From Octopus vulgaris (Eukaryota), in assembly GCA_951406725.2 (NCBI GenBank), contig OX597816.1, positions 42,718,001 through 42,782,000 on the forward strand: 64,000 nucleotides of DNA, in the 5' to 3' direction. Position 1 is the stretch's first letter. The number at the start of each line of letters is the position of its first letter. Made by a program: the position numbers and the translations under genes. Below the pieces are notes generated by a model. That model had not been told where the DNA came from. It saw nothing but the letters and a program-made list of their open reading frames with translations, and did no database searches. Positions 12,559 through 26,630 of the stretch are shown piece after piece.

Positions 12559-12770
12559 AGGCGGCGGGCTGGCAGAATCATTATGTCACCGGAGAAAATG
12601 CTCAACGGCTTTTCACTCGTTTTTATGTGCTGAGTTCAAATTCCGTTGATGTTGACTTTGCCCTTCGTCCTTTAACGGTCAACAAAATAAGTACCACTCG
12701 AAGACTGTTGTCTGAAGAGGCGACTAAGACCCTCTCCCTAAATTTCTGGCCTTATGTCGCAATTTGAAAT
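12559..12770 (+). mobile_element. Degenerate family-A SINE
   Basis: GGCGGCGGGCTGGCAGAATC...TGAGTTCAAATTCCG...AAATAAGTACC. Confidence 0.75.
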
Positions 12771-14329
12771 AAATATTAGTCCGTTTATGTATTAATCCGT
12801 ATACCGTATTTCAAATTTTACGCCATTTCGCACCCAATATTTTACCTACCCAAGTTTCCATCATTTTATTCGGCATATAATTTCGATGATGTTTCAGAAA
12901 GTCCTCACGTGATATTCTTTTAAATATATAAAATTTAGTGACAAATATTTACTTCGTAACATATTCCGTTCACTCAGCAACTTAGAAATTTGCTCTATTT
13001 TCACAGAAATTTCTACTTTCCTAGTTGTCTGAATCGCTGTACCAGTTCAGCAATTTTATAGTTTGCTACTTTTTAAAATTTTATAACAGTTGTATTCAAA
13101 ATGTTATTTATTATGTTATTGCGATAGGCGCACCAACTGCCCCATCTTAATCGATCTTCAACACTATTATTATCGGTGTTGTTTTTCACAATTTGGAGCG
13201 TGATCCGACTGAAGCACCAGTTGTACCAGAGTGTTGTTGAAATATATTGCAACGCCCCCTTGTACTAAATGTACTAAAATGCTTGATATGCTTGCCTTGT
13301 TATGAGATTCAATATCTTGTTTTTCAAATTGTTTAAATATTTCATATGTTTGTTATGTAAATGCTGTTCTTTTTTTTTATGGTGTATGTGTTCTGTATCT
13401 GCGTATCAGTTTCTTTAATTGCATTTTAATGTTGTCGTTCTGCTGAAAATACATTGTGAGTTAATTTATATTATACAATGGTATTTGTGCCGTGATAGTA
13501 ATATTGTTTGGAATATTTTAAACAAGTATTGTCGATTGTATTTTATCCTTAACGATAAAAATAAATTTTTGTTTCAAATTTTAGTACAACACCCGGAATT
13601 TTGTGGAGATGAGGCTAGTACATTATTTGATCGATTCAGAAGTAGTGGCTGGCACAGCTAACATCGGCAGGATTTGAACATAGAACGTAAGGAGTGGAGT
13701 ATATGTTCCGATTAGCTTAAGTATGTACCAGCCTGCTGACGTAATAATAATACATTCTCCTATACACACAAAACATGAAATTTTGGCTACCGTGTCTAGT
13801 AGATTACATAGCTGCAACTCTCAACCGGTGATTACTTTATCGGCAGCGAATAGAAGAATGGTGTAATTTGAGCTCAGAACGTAAACTCTATGGGAATATT
13901 GGTTTAAAATTTAGGCACAAAGCCAGTAAGTTCAGCGCAATTGTTATGCAGATTGCATTGACCCTAGTCCTCAATTGATGTCGGTTGTGTTTGTGTTGGC
14001 GTTGGTGATTTTTGAGTGATGTTTGTGTGGGTGGTGTTCGTATTTTTTTGTTGTGGGTGTTGTTATGCTTTGTGGAGTTTTTCTTTTGTGCTATCTGGGT
14101 TCTTTTTTACCTTTCGGCTTTCCTTCATCTCCATTACTAGAAGGGGAAGGGTCTGTTGCTGTAAGTATGTCTAAGCGTATATTTATAATCTTTTTTATGT
14201 ATGTATTTTGGTTTGGTGTGAGGGGGTGGGGAGCTTTCTTGGTTTTCCCCTAGAGTAGTTAATATCTTTGGTGTTGTTGCTGGTGGTTTTGCCGGTGCTG
14301 GTGATGCTTGTGGTTCTCGTCCCGGTGGA

Positions 14330-15360
14330 GGCAGCAGTAAAGGCCGTAGGCGACAGCAAGCAGCCAAATTAGTCGTTTATCCACAACTGAAACAACGAGG
14401 CCTTTTGTCTTCAGTCAGGATATGTATCACCGTCCCGTTCTGGAGACACCTGTGGTCCGTGATTTTTTAATGATTTCGGGTCTGATCTGAAGAATTATCT
14501 CCAGGTCAATCCCAAACCAGTCCTCCATGGCAGTTCTTGTCACCTCTAGAGAGACAGTATCCGTCCCCTCCACAATTACGCATCCCAAAGGCACCAAATA
14601 TCTAGTCTTGGGGAGAGTCTAGGAATTCGGACACGGGCGGCTGTATGCTTCCCCATGTGGGAGAGGTACTGGGTGACTGTGCTTCCGTTGCAGTGGGTTA
14701 TTGAATGTCTTAGTGAGAGCTTCTGATTTAAACAGCACCGGGAATGGTGCCGTATTGTTTGCCCATCGCTATGTATTCGATGTCATTTCTCATACACCTC
14801 AACACCACTTCAATATCTACTTGGGCTATCAAAGCCGCTCTTTACGTGTCTGCTGACATGCATCTGAAAACCACCGTTCTTCTCTCTACTGCTTCAATTG
14901 CCTCTGATGGAACCGTAAGATTTGCCCAATCATTCTCTTGTTTAATTAGGTTCCATGCCTTTGGGAGCACCTGCTCTCTGTTAGTGAGATCTACGGCTTA
15001 TCGGTGTTTGGTCTTGGCGGCTGCTACTGCTGCTGCAAAACTATTTTTGATTTTTCATTTGTTTTGTTTTCGTTGTTTTTGCTCCTTTCATTGTTGCTGC
15101 TGCCGTTGTTGGTCTCGTTCTTATCGATATTGTTGGTATTGCTGTTGTCCTCTTTTCTGAGGTCGTTGCTGCTCTCACTACTACTACCGCTGCTGCTGTC
15201 GATGCTGTGGTTGCTGCCGTTAATGATTTTGCTACTATTGCTTTTACAGTTCGTTGTACTTTGTACCATGACAGTCTTGTTCTTCTCCTCCTCCCCATCC
15301 TTCATATTGTTGCCCGTGACAGAGGGAAGGAGAAGCAAGCCTTCATCTATTACCATAGTT
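14330..15360 (-). pseudogene. Degenerate ORF1 (gag-like, zinc knuckle) of an L1/Tx1-like non-LTR retrotransposon
   Basis: The minus strand gives a low-complexity N/S-rich N-terminus, then ...GTVIHILTEDKRPRCFSCG*TTNLAACC (a decayed CX2CX4HX4C knuckle). Stops and frameshifts are present. Confidence 0.6.
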
Positions 15361-15685
15361 GTAGGGGGTTGTTAAGAGGCGCTCCGCTATATTTTTTAGT
15401 TGTATTGATTCCATTGAATTTTAGCACACACCGAATTTATCTAGTTGGCCAAAAATCAACCCTTTGGTGGCTACACAACCATAAAAGACCAGTAATAGGT
15501 TCCTAGTTCTTCTATTCACAACGTAAAATAAAATAATTATTGCGAAAAGAAAACCAATCCTGGTGTAAATAAATATTCTGAATTGAACTTACTTCGAGCG
15601 TTCGAAAACAGGTCCGATGTGTTCCGCAGCAAATATAATAATAACAATAATAATAATACTAATAATAAAAATAATAATAATGATG

Positions 15686-15729
<44 letters not shown>

Positions 15730-15732
<3 letters not shown>

Positions 15733-16210
15733 GCAACCATACTTTGGGATATGCCAATGCACACAGATAGAGAAATTAAGACCGATAGGCCAGATATAGT
15801 TGTCAGAGATCATGAAGAAGAAAATGCTTTCTAACTGATGTATCAATACCAGAAGATGATAACGTTTCTCTAAAAGAAATGGAGAAACTTTCAAAATACA
15901 AAGACCTTGGAAATAGAGGTAACTCGAATGTGGAATCTAAAAACAGAAACAATTCTTATCATAGCAGGTAATTAGGTATGATAAAAAAAATATTCAGACA
16001 AATACATAACAAAAATACCAGGACTTACAAATATATATAACATACATAAAATTGCACTACTGGGCCCTGCACACATCCTACGCAAAACACTTTCAATACA
16101 GTAGCCATAAAAGCATCACAACAAACCACAGCACATATACCCAAGGCACACAGAGCTTCGATCGGTAGTGAAGTGAAAGCACGCTATAAAAATAAAACTA
16201 CTGAAGGATA
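15730..16210 (+). mobile_element. 5'-truncated R4/Dong-clade LINE (RLE endonuclease C-terminus plus 3' UTR) inserted in (AAT)n
   Basis: ILWDMP..TDREIKTDRPDIVV...DVSIP.DDNVSLKEMEKLSKYKDL...MW...IALLG.AHILRKTLSIQ* (stop 16102-16104). AAT repeats flank both sides, the known Dong target. Confidence 0.88.
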
Positions 16211-16349
16211 ATAACAATATAAAATTTATAATAACAGCAACAACAATAATAATAATATTAATATTAATAACAATAATTATAATTATAATTATAATCATAA
16301 TTATAATATAATTTTCTGTATGCTATGAACTTGTTTTTAGGATATGAAA

Positions 16350-17880
16350 TCTGTTGCCGTCTGGAAAGATTATAATTCCTTCCTGAAGCAACTCTTTATT
16401 TACGGGTGTGTTTCTGTTTTAACATACATTATTGTAGCCGTATCCATATTTTTGTATTTGGGAAATATATATATATATATATATATATTATGTCTAACCA
16501 ATGTTAATACAGCTCATTGAGAATTATACATACTTTTGTTACGTCCGATATTCGATAAAGAAACACTAACTTTCTTTGTTGGGGCTGATGAATCTTGATA
16601 TACTTCTGCGTTTATTAACATATATTCATATATAGCTACAATAATTTCTCTTGGCATTTTATAACTTTAGCATACTCCCACTTACTTAAGTCCCATATAT
16701 ACCCATATGTATTTTTCTCTTTTATTAGTCTTGCAAACGGCTACGACGTAGTTAATATTTTTCCGTCTACATCTCCATTCATATCACTTTATTAAATCTG
16801 TTTAGTGGTTTCCAAAGGTATCATTTAGATCCGGAAATGCATTGTGAACCCGAGAGATTTCTTCAATCTCATTCGTAGGTCCTTCAGTTTTCAGCTACGG
16901 TATCTATTTTAACATGTCAAAGATTACAAAACACTCGCCATATAGATGCGTACCTTCTCTTCGGTATATTATATATATACAGTAACCGAAAGCTTGGTTT
17001 AGATTTACTTTATTTTCGTTTAAAATTATTTTCTATCGGTACTCGTTTTGCTTCATATCTCTCTTTAAACAGATCCGTTATTTTGTACTTTTGATTTCGT
17101 TTAAGACAGAAAAACAATCCTTTTTTTTTTATAGTCTCTTCCTCTTTTGAAACAATTTATTTTAGCGTTCCATAATTCCGAATCATATTATGAACTTTAT
17201 ATATATATTTTTTAATTACTGTACATCTTATATTATAAAATAATTGTTTAGTTGCATACAGTTACGAGTTTGTAATAAATCTTTGTTGTATATTCTAAAT
17301 AAAGTCATTATTTTGCTGTCTAATTTTGCTTCATTGTTTTGCGTTGATTGGGAATATTCGAGCTGTAACTTATTACTGCATCAGATAAACTTTTCACGCT
17401 TCTTGCAGTATTATTTTTATATAACACTCATTCAAACGTTAATCTATGTAGTCTATGATATTCCCTCCCAAACGTTTTCTCTCATTTTTGTGTTCTACGC
17501 TATCTAATTATCTGTCTTCTGGTTATTTGTGTATGTATTTGATGTTGTACTTTCATCTGTCATGATAAGGATTTTTAAAACTAATTTTCGTCTCTGGAAA
17601 GACTAACATAGTGCATTTCCCTAATCTGAATTTCATCAATTTCTCTGTAAAATTCATGTAGTTTTTATTTGTGCTTTCCTTCTTATTTCCACTCTATGAC
17701 TTCTGACTACACACATAGGAAATAGAAACAATTGGTGTTCCATAGCATACGTATGGTACGTATAAAAAAATTTAATATTCTGCTAAGTGCCTTTGCTTTA
17801 CACCATGAATGAATAGTTACAAGGAATATCCCTGGAAACATCATCTTCTAATGGAGACTGGGCCCGATTATACTGCACTC
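16350..17880 (-). mobile_element. Possible highly decayed R4/Dong RT remnants
   Basis: Faint motifs on the minus strand (FQG.SL near 17830; MKFRLGKC.ML near 17620, compared with MEFGLDKC). Heavily disrupted. Confidence 0.3.
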
Positions 17881-18300
17881 TACACTGTATGAATATAATT
17901 AGTTGTCATAATTAGTTGGAAATTTGATCTTGGATTGTTTCGCTTTTACTCATTATCAAAGGGAAATTAATACCATTTCCTCTTTAATGTACTGGATCAG
18001 TTAAATTTGTGGCAGTAGCGACGTTGAAGATGATAGTATATGAATTGGTAGCGCACCAGAAATGTGGTAGCATTTGTTACCAGCAAAGATAGTGTTGGTT
18101 ACCGACGGACACTATGTCAGTACCACCATAAGTCTGCCAGCATTTTATTTGTGTATATTTTTCCTTATTCATGAAGCTATTGTAATGTGAAATAAAATTT
18201 TATATAAACACTAAAATATGCGCAATACGTTAATGATTTCATATTTGATACAACATAATCTGAACTATGAGAATTTGCTCTCTATATATATATGTGTGCG

Positions 18301-18340
<40 letters not shown>

Positions 18341-18552
18341 TGTGTGTGCGTGTGTGTTTGTGTGTGTGTGCATGTATCTATAAACATACATGCATACACA
18401 TGTTTTGCATAAAAGAGAAATTAGTTAAACTTTTATGTTTTTTAAAATACATTTCTTTCAGTTTTATTTTCTTTGCATTATACTTCAAGAAGGTAGCTAA
18501 TATTTGAAATATAAAGACTGCGAGTTGCAATATAAGAACAACAACAACAACA

Positions 18553-18605
<53 letters not shown>

Positions 18606-19605
18606 CATATACTTCACATACATATTTCCCGATGTTGTAGTTTTGTCATAGAAAAACATCGATTATTTGTGTTTTCTTAGCAGCGTTAGTGGTTGTTCTT
18701 CAGAAAACAACAAAGAATTTATTAGATTTTTCTCGACTAAAATGTATGGTTTTATAAGTGGCCAATGCTTTAACGCATGTGTACACAATAGTTGGACATA
18801 CTTTCCGTAAATATCAACAAGCAGCATATATCTGTTACAGTCTCACTATTTTGTCTGGTAATGACGTTTCCTTTTTTGTCATTCGAGTTGTAATAGCGGT
18901 AATAGTAATGGTAGAGGATATGTCAGATATTTGTTTGTTTTATGTAGTGAAGGTAGTGGTGGAAAAGCACTGTTAGATTTGCATTTCACGTGGTTTTGCT
19001 TTGCTTATTTGTATTGCTTATTATCCCCATTGCCCGCTATTTCGGCAGAATGCCCAATGACATGGGGTACAATTTCTTGAGAAGACGAGAATTCTAACGT
19101 TCATTCTAGAAAGAAATGCAGTTATGAAGTAGCCCTTAGTAGAATTAAATTGCGCAAGAGCGGGTCAGATTTTAGTGCCAGAAGGATGATTTGAATATTA
19201 CTATATATAAGCAAATATAATCTTGTCATATTGTTTAATTTATATATTTTCTCACGCACGACAAATTCACACATCAATATCTTAACATGAATTAGGGCAG
19301 TTCCGGATTCCCTAGATTTATTAAGTTTAAAGCTACCACATACGGTAACTAATATATGAAGATGAAAATCTACTAGAAATGTAGATAAATCTGAAACGAT
19401 CGTAGTTGTGTTTAAAGTGTTTTGCCTACTAACGATATGATTCCGGATGTAGTAGCTTTGCTTGGCAGCTGGTGGCTGGTGATGTGCTTTTATAAATAGC
19501 TCAACCAAAGCCGTTTTAGTTGGATTTGGTCGAGGGAAAATTAAACACACGCTAATCTAATTTTACGTTTTGTTCTAAATTTTCTAATATATATATATAT
19601 ATATA

Positions 19606-20120
19606 CTAGCCTTGAAGCCGCTCCTCGAGCGGCATTCGCCGGAGTTCCTGCGGAGGTCACCTCACAGGCCTTCGGCCCCACTATGGGGATGATTCGGAAC
19701 CATTGTGCAATGTAATACCCAAAATAATCCTGCAAATGTACTGATGGTAGTCATATAATTTAATCAATAAACGTAGGAGCGACGTAAATGCAGTAAAAAT
19801 GAAGGTGTCAGTGGGGCCCCATTTAAGCGGCCCTTCAGAAATTGAACCTTCTTACGATACTCCCTGAGAGTTTATGGTATAAAATACCTTGTCATTGCTC
19901 TGATTCTGTCACCAGTGCCATGTATGTAGTTTAAAGTAAAAATGGGGATCAGTGGGACCCCAATCTGGGGTCCCTTAAAAAATAAACTCCCTTAGGACAT
20001 TCCCTGGTATTTGGGGAGTTGCTCGTTTGAGTTTCGTTGTTTCAGCACCAACGGTCTAGGAGGACTTAGCGAACATAAAAATATAACGGACAGAGAAAAC
20101 CATTCAAATTTATTATAGGA
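19606..20120 (-). mobile_element. Non-autonomous Helitron (515 bp)
   Basis: The minus strand starts A|TC (20120) and ends CTAG|T (19606). A GC hairpin GCCGCTC-GAG-GAGCGGC (19617-19633) lies 11 nt from the 3' end. The internal GGGCCCC/GGGACCCC block is duplicated. Confidence 0.85.
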
Positions 20121-20151
20121 TGTATATATATAGACAGATATATATATATAA

Positions 20152-20254
<103 letters not shown>

Positions 20255-22539
20255 TACATATAAGTATGTAAATGTTGATATAACCTCATTTAAATAACAA
20301 CAGGATAAGTAGAATATAGTAAAATTACATTACTGAGAAGAGTTGCTTTAGTGCACACCAAGTTGAATGCATTTAAAGTATTCCTCAGGGCGTAACATTT
20401 GCTTTAAAACAGATTGGCAAAAAGATATTAGTTGGATTATCGAATTTTTACAAAATTGGCTCTCATGTTCAGAGAGGTTGTATCACGATTTGAGTGCATA
20501 TTGTAAAGGAAAATGATCTACAGCTGGTTTCACTGGGAGAAATGAATGAAACCTGTATATTTCAAGCTGCTATCTTTTGCGTATTCTCATCGAGAAACAT
20601 TTGCTAATTTGCGACAAAATTTAATGTCATTTCAAAAGTAATATGTATAGGTTAATCTAATTGTCTAAAGAGAGCGATGGGAGTAAGTCTGTGTGTGTTT
20701 GAAACATAGTAATATGATACACAGATAATATTCTAAGCTGGTAACATGCTATGTTACGAAACGACTCCAAACTAAAACTGCGATGCAAGAGAGATAAATG
20801 AAGAGTATTTTTCGGTGGCGTGTATTGATCATGATTAAATCATAATAACACTAGAACTCAAAACTTGTAGATATGTTTTTCATATGTATGTTAGAAGGAA
20901 GAATGCGGGAATAGAATCCTAGAAAATTCTTCAGTATTGGTCATGGGAAAAGACAGCACAATCAGTATTTATGTCCCGAAGAGTACAGGACAAGAAGAAA
21001 AAAATTGAAAATTATTTCTCCGAAATTTTTATCTGGGTGAGCTCTTTCACTTGCGTTCATTCATTTTTTTTTTTTTCTCTTAAAAACGAAAAATATTAAA
21101 AATTCTTAAAATTATTAACTTTATTGTTTTTTTTTCAGCCCTGAAATCCAAACAACAGTTTTGGTAGCTAATATATTGTATTTTGTTAAAGTTTTCACCG
21201 TACTCTAAGAAAATTTTTGTAATATCCTTAGTAAACGGGAAAAATGGCTACATACCACTAGAGACAATAAAATCCGTATCTCTCAAATACCAGTTATACG
21301 TGCTGTATTGTTATGCTAAGCAACTGATAACATAGGATACACTTTTTTAGAATGTTAGATATCTTACAATGAATTCTTCGAATTTGTTAAAACAATCAAC
21401 TTTTCGGTCATTTAAAGATATACCACAATTTTTGGAGCTAATAACGATGTTTTCATCATAGAGTTCTTTCATTTGATCACAGTTGTTGTATAGTTTTCTT
21501 CGATATTAACTGAGATATTTCGATTGAAAGTCAATTTTGCGGGGTTCCTTACAATTTTATCATCTGTTCAATTCACACAATTTTTTGTTGCTAACACCGC
21601 TTAACCCGGTTTTAATCAAAATAATATTCTCCATGAACACACTCTTTTAAATCCAATTAATACATTCTTTCGTTTTAAAATAACAGAGATATATTGATTC
21701 AAAGTCAAATTTTCACCTGACTCTCCCATGTTTTGAACTCACATATTTTGACCTAACTCCGTTTCAATGAATCAATTTACAATTATCTGATCCCACCCCC
21801 AAAAAAGTCTCCATTGAGTTTTGGTGAGAAATGAATTAGTTGTGAAGCCTAGAAATGCATTCGTGTATTAAAGTTGATCTGTATTCACTCACTGTCGTAA
21901 GTGAATGAAAATTGAATAAATATATGTGTGTGTATGGGCGTGCTAGTGTGCCTGTGTGAGTGTGTGTCTATTTAAATATATAGATAGTTAGATTGTTTAA
22001 GGGGTATACAGGTTTTATATAGTAAAAAAAGGTGGGTAGGGACGATTTTGGACAATTATTTCTTCAACACTTTTATATGTTTTGGAGGGATTCATTATGA
22101 ATGCTATGTTTGCAGAAATATATGAGGTAGTTTTAAAAAGTCTGGATTTCACTTGAGGAGAGGACGTTCTTTGTTATTTTAAATATGTGCGTAAATGGGT
22201 GCATATGCATGTATGTATGTATGTATGTATGCATGCATGCATGTAGGTATGTATGTATGTATGTATGTATGTATGCATGCATGTATGTATGTATGTATGT
22301 ATGTATGTATGTATATGCGTGTGGCAAATTTTTGAGGCTTTGTTGGAGAGAGAAAAAAGAAAGAAAGAAAGAAAGAAGGAAAGAAAATGGCTTTTTCTGA
22401 AGAGGTTGAAATCGGGAAAAAAATTCACTTAAGCAACCAACACGATACTCTACCGATCTCTCTCTCTTTCTATCCCTCTCTCTGTCTTTCTGACTCTCTC
22501 TCTCTCTATGTGTATATATATATATATATATATATACAC

Positions 22540-22744
22540 GTAGATGCAGCACGGACTTTGTCAGTGAACAGGTCGCGGATTTTAGCGACGAAAATATTTT
22601 GACAAATTAAACTTAAATGTTGGAGTGAATCGAACGGCTTTTGTGTGTTTCTTAAATGGCTTATAAACACCTCCCACGCTGCAATTGTTTTCGTTTCAGC
22701 ACACGATCTCAGATCAAATTACTTGCTATGCGAGTACATCTCCG

Positions 22745-22748
<4 letters not shown>
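22540..22748. repeat. Dispersed repeat (probable non-autonomous DNA transposon), copy 1
   Basis: GATGCAGCA...TCAGTG.ACAGGTC...ATATTTTGACAAATTAAACTTAAATGTTG...CGCTGCAATTGT recurs at 29715-29892. Flanked by (TA)n. Confidence 0.75.
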
Positions 22749-22815
<67 letters not shown>

Positions 22816-22831
22816 TATATATATAAAATGA

Positions 22832-23691
22832 CGAAGTGGTATCGAAAATTTTCCGTACTAGTTCTCTACCTTTCCAATACGAAAATGCGTGCGCAGTGAG
22901 AGCTAGCCGTGACTTTCACGCGGTAGCCTGCCGTTAGCGCGCCGTGTGACATCGCTATGTTTACTTTGCATCTTATAAAAATTTGTATTTTGAAGTTACG
23001 TGTATGCTGTAGTCTGCGATTTTGACATGGACAGGATCAATGCTCCAACGGGAAATTTCGCGTGACACTTGTGACATCTGCTACTGAGGTGTTGAACATG
23101 CATCTTGCAGCGACCAGGCAATGGGTCGTAAGCAATGATTCGAGTGGCACGGGCGCTTCAAAAGCGGAATCACGTAGATGGAAGATGATGAGCTATCTGG
23201 AATCTGCTATGACCGTCACCACCGGATCTGTGGTATTGGGCATCGAGAAATTCTTTCCCGAGAACCAGACCGTCAATCGAAATTTCTACTGTGGAGTTTT
23301 GAAGTGTCTGAGGGAGAACTTTCGGAGAAAGCGTCCGGATCTGTGAAGCGTTAAGACTTGAATTCTTCAATGAGCTCTCCTCACTCGTGAGTTTTTCGAC
23401 CATAACAATATCGCATTGTTTACACACCTGCCCTATTCACCAGATTTATCACTTGCGCTCTTTGAACTTTTCCGCAAGATGAAAATGAAACCACAAAGGT
23501 CGCCGTTTTAACACTTTTGTCGAGATCCAGAGTGAATCGCTGGAGGCAAGGATTCTAAAAGTGACAGAAACTCTGGATAGGTTTATTGCTGGGCAAGGTG
23601 ATTATTTCGAAGGAGTTCATGTTAAAACTTAGGTAGATAAGTTATTATTCATGAAAATTTACTAGTCGTCAAACTTCTAGATACCACCTCA
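22832..23691 (+). mobile_element. Internally deleted, degenerate mariner element
   Basis: Imperfect TIRs CGAAGTGGTATCGAAAATTTTCCGTACTAGT / ACTAGTCGTCAAACTTCTAGATACCACCTC. Remnants include QTVNRNFYCGVLKCLRE..RRKRPDL and HLPYSPDL. Confidence 0.82.
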
Positions 23692-23696
23692 TATAT

Positions 23697-24157
23697 ACTC
23701 TTTTACTCTTTTACTTGTTTCAGTCATTTGACTGCGGCCATGCTGGAGCATCGCCTTTAGTCGAGCAAATCGACCCCAGGAATTATATTCTTTATAAGCC
23801 CAGTACTTATTCTATCAGTCTCTTTTGCCGAACCGCTAAGTGACCGGGTCGTAAACACACCAGCATCGGTTGTCAAGCAATGCTAGGGGGACAAACACAG
23901 ACACACAAATACACACACATACATATATATATATATACATATATACGACAGGCTTCTTTCAGTTTCCGTCTACCAAATCCACTCACAAGGCATTGGTCGG
24001 CCCGGGGCTATAGCAGAAGACACTTGCCCAAGATGCCACGCAGTGGGACTGAACCCGGAACCATGTGGTTGGTAAGCAAGTTACTTACCACACACCCAGG
24101 GTAAATATATATATGTTGTTTAGCAAGCTACTTACCACACAGCCACTCCTGCGCCTA
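23697..24157 (-). mobile_element. Full-length family-B tRNA/CORE-type SINE
   Basis: Head GGCGCAGGAGTGGCTGTGTGGTAAG, B box GGTTCAGTCCC, CORE-like CTTGGGCAAGTG, internal (TG/TA)n and tail GGCCGCAGTCAAATGACTGAAAC-(AGTAAAAG)n. A short head segment is duplicated. Confidence 0.92.
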
Positions 24158-24169
24158 TATATATATATA

Positions 24170-24400
24170 GGCGGCGAGCTGGCAGAAACGTTAGCACGCC
24201 GGGCGAAATGCGCGGCCGTATTTTGTCTGTCGTTACGTTCCGAGTTCAAATTCCGCCGATGTCGACTTTGCCTTTCATCCTTTCGGGGTCGATAAATTAA
24301 GTACCAGTTACGCACTGGCGGCGATGTAATCGACTTAATCCGTTTGTCTATCCTTGTTTGTCCCCTCTGTGTTTAGCCCCTTGTGGGTAGTAAAGAAATA
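24170..24400 (+). mobile_element. Full-length family-A SINE
   Basis: GGCGGCGAGCTGGCAGAAACGTTAGCACGCC...GAGTTCAAATTCC...GGGTAGTAAAGAAATA. Confidence 0.92.
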
Positions 24401-24448
24401 TATATATACAAATTCGAGAAAAACCACTATTATGTAATTCAAACAGAT

Positions 24449-24640
24449 GGGCGTCCACTACGTTCATGAACGTGAAGGCTCAGGTCTCCACTACGAAATC
24501 ATTTGACGCATGTTCGAACTGACCACTCAATGGTTATTTCATCACCTTACGTTTCTTTAATATCGCAAGCAGTTTCAGCAGTTTTACGGGCTTTTTTGAA
24601 ATTGAATAGCAAAATTGCTCGTATATCGCGGTTCGGTATC
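24449..24640 (-). pseudogene. Mariner transposase N-terminal fragment
   Basis: Minus translation RDIRAILLFNFKKARKTAETACDIKET*GD...FRSGDLSL..HERSGRP. Confidence 0.7.
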
Positions 24641-25076
24641 GCGGTTTGGCTGTTCCTTTTCCGATGATTGTAACAACAGTGAAAAAATATCAATGTTTAA
24701 TTGGTGCATTTGTGCAATTCATGTCTGTATTATCAGATAACTGCAAAAAATTGTTTTTTAAAAATTCAAAACTCTGCAGTAGAAATTATTCATGGAGTTT
24801 GAATGCCGGACCTGTATGGATGTCCAAGATGTCCGCCAGTCACTTTATTTTACGTTTCACCTCTTCCCTTAGCTAAAAATTCAGTTGGTGTCCTATTCTG
24901 GACATAGCCTCTTCTCAATGTAAAAAGAAGGGAGAATGCATCTGTCTACACGCTCTTGCATGGACACCTAAAGAAATATCAACCAAGAAATAAATGTCTT
25001 ATTTGCTTGCAAATATGAATTGTTTTTGAAATATACTTACAATCATACACGCACATACAAACACGCACGCACACAC

Positions 25077-25115
<39 letters not shown>

Positions 25116-26349
25116 ACAAACACATAGATTTCCTATACTTTTACTCCATCCCTTTAGTTTTCTATATCATTTGAAATCTGTTTGGACCTTTGTATATGTA
25201 TACATATATACACTTTTTTGTATTTCATGTATTTTATACACTTTACGTATTGATCTTTCTAATTCGCTTATCCCTGCATTTACCTACAAATATATAAGTG
25301 AGTGACCTGCTCGCTTAGCCAGCGGGGTGGCGTCATTTGAATGCTAAAACAATACGAAGCGCATTGTGACTAGCGATGTGTAGCAACATCTGGTAGCCTG
25401 GTCGGTTACGTGATTACGGTGATATAACTGAGTTCGTACATCTTACATGAAAGGGATTAGTATTGGTATGTATGTATGCTCACATTTCTTAGTATCTGTT
25501 CTATATCTTCATTCTTAATTACATACATAAGATTGATTATTTACTTCAGCTTAAAAATATGTTTTCTAAATATATATGCGTGGTTTTACAAGTAATATTC
25601 ATTGTCTTGTTTCGCTTTTTATCGTATGCAGTCTATAAAATTAATGTTTTCATATAAACAAAATCTTAAGAAATATAATTGAAAAGATTGATACTATTCT
25701 CGTGTTTGTAGAAATTAATGTCCCGGCGACAAAATGTAATAAAGAATGGTATTATTATCAATTCAAGTATCTTTTGAACAAGTAACTTAATCTTTACTAT
25801 ATATGTTTCTTTGTTTCATATCATCAGTATAATAGCAGTCTTTGAAGAATTTAGCCAAGAGCTCAGTTTAGCGTTAGCTCCTCTCAAAATCTGTATGTTA
25901 CAACTGTTTATTATGTGTCAACCGAAAGCTAGTAATTGAGAATGATTATGCAATTTAAACACTATATGCTGCGTTCGGTTTTCATTTCGGCGGTATCTGG
26001 CACAGAGAGCACAGAGAGTAAATGTTTTATAACCTAGTGCCAATATTTGTCTTGTGAGTGGAACTGGCAAGATGAGAATCGTATTCAAGTTCATGAAACG
26101 GCTCTTACCTGTAAACTAGCAGTGTATATTTGTCGCTCAGTGTTTAACACTAATTGCACTCGGGAGTCCCGCTGTGACGCTAACGTTTCTATGGAACATT
26201 CAATTATTTACGTCTTGTAAGATCAATGAACAGGATTTATAGTTGATCGAACAACTAAAAATTGATTGATGAAACCGAAGCAGATTCAGAAAGTCACAGA
26301 CCTACGAGACATACATATGATAATTCTATGTGTGTGTGATAGTGCGTAT

Positions 26350-26630
26350 GTGTGTGTGTGTTAAGACGCGGAGCCTAATGGGCAGTGAGTTGTTTCCATT
26401 CCCGAACCAGTGGGGCGTTATGTTACTGAATAATACACCCTGTTTTAGGTTGTTCCAATCCACTCAGTCGTATAGGGGTAACTATGCGATGAACTGGCCA
26501 CCCATACAAAGGAAGTCATGAGCCGCTACCAAGCCAGTGGTGTTACAATATTTTAAAACTACAATAATTTGGGGAAACGCATTGTGACTTGCGATTTATA
26601 TGGAGCTGTGTTCTATCACTGACCATATAT
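26350..26630 (+). mobile_element. Degenerate SINE; its 3' part is shared with a fragment at 25300-25425
   Basis: CCACTCAG...TGCGATGAACTGGC..CCCAT, then GCATTGTGACT.GCGAT in both copies. Confidence 0.45.

Noticed and set aside
21180-21860. Possible Helitron helicase remnant (LLAPK-like motif)
   Set aside because: It is too decayed to support without a profile search.
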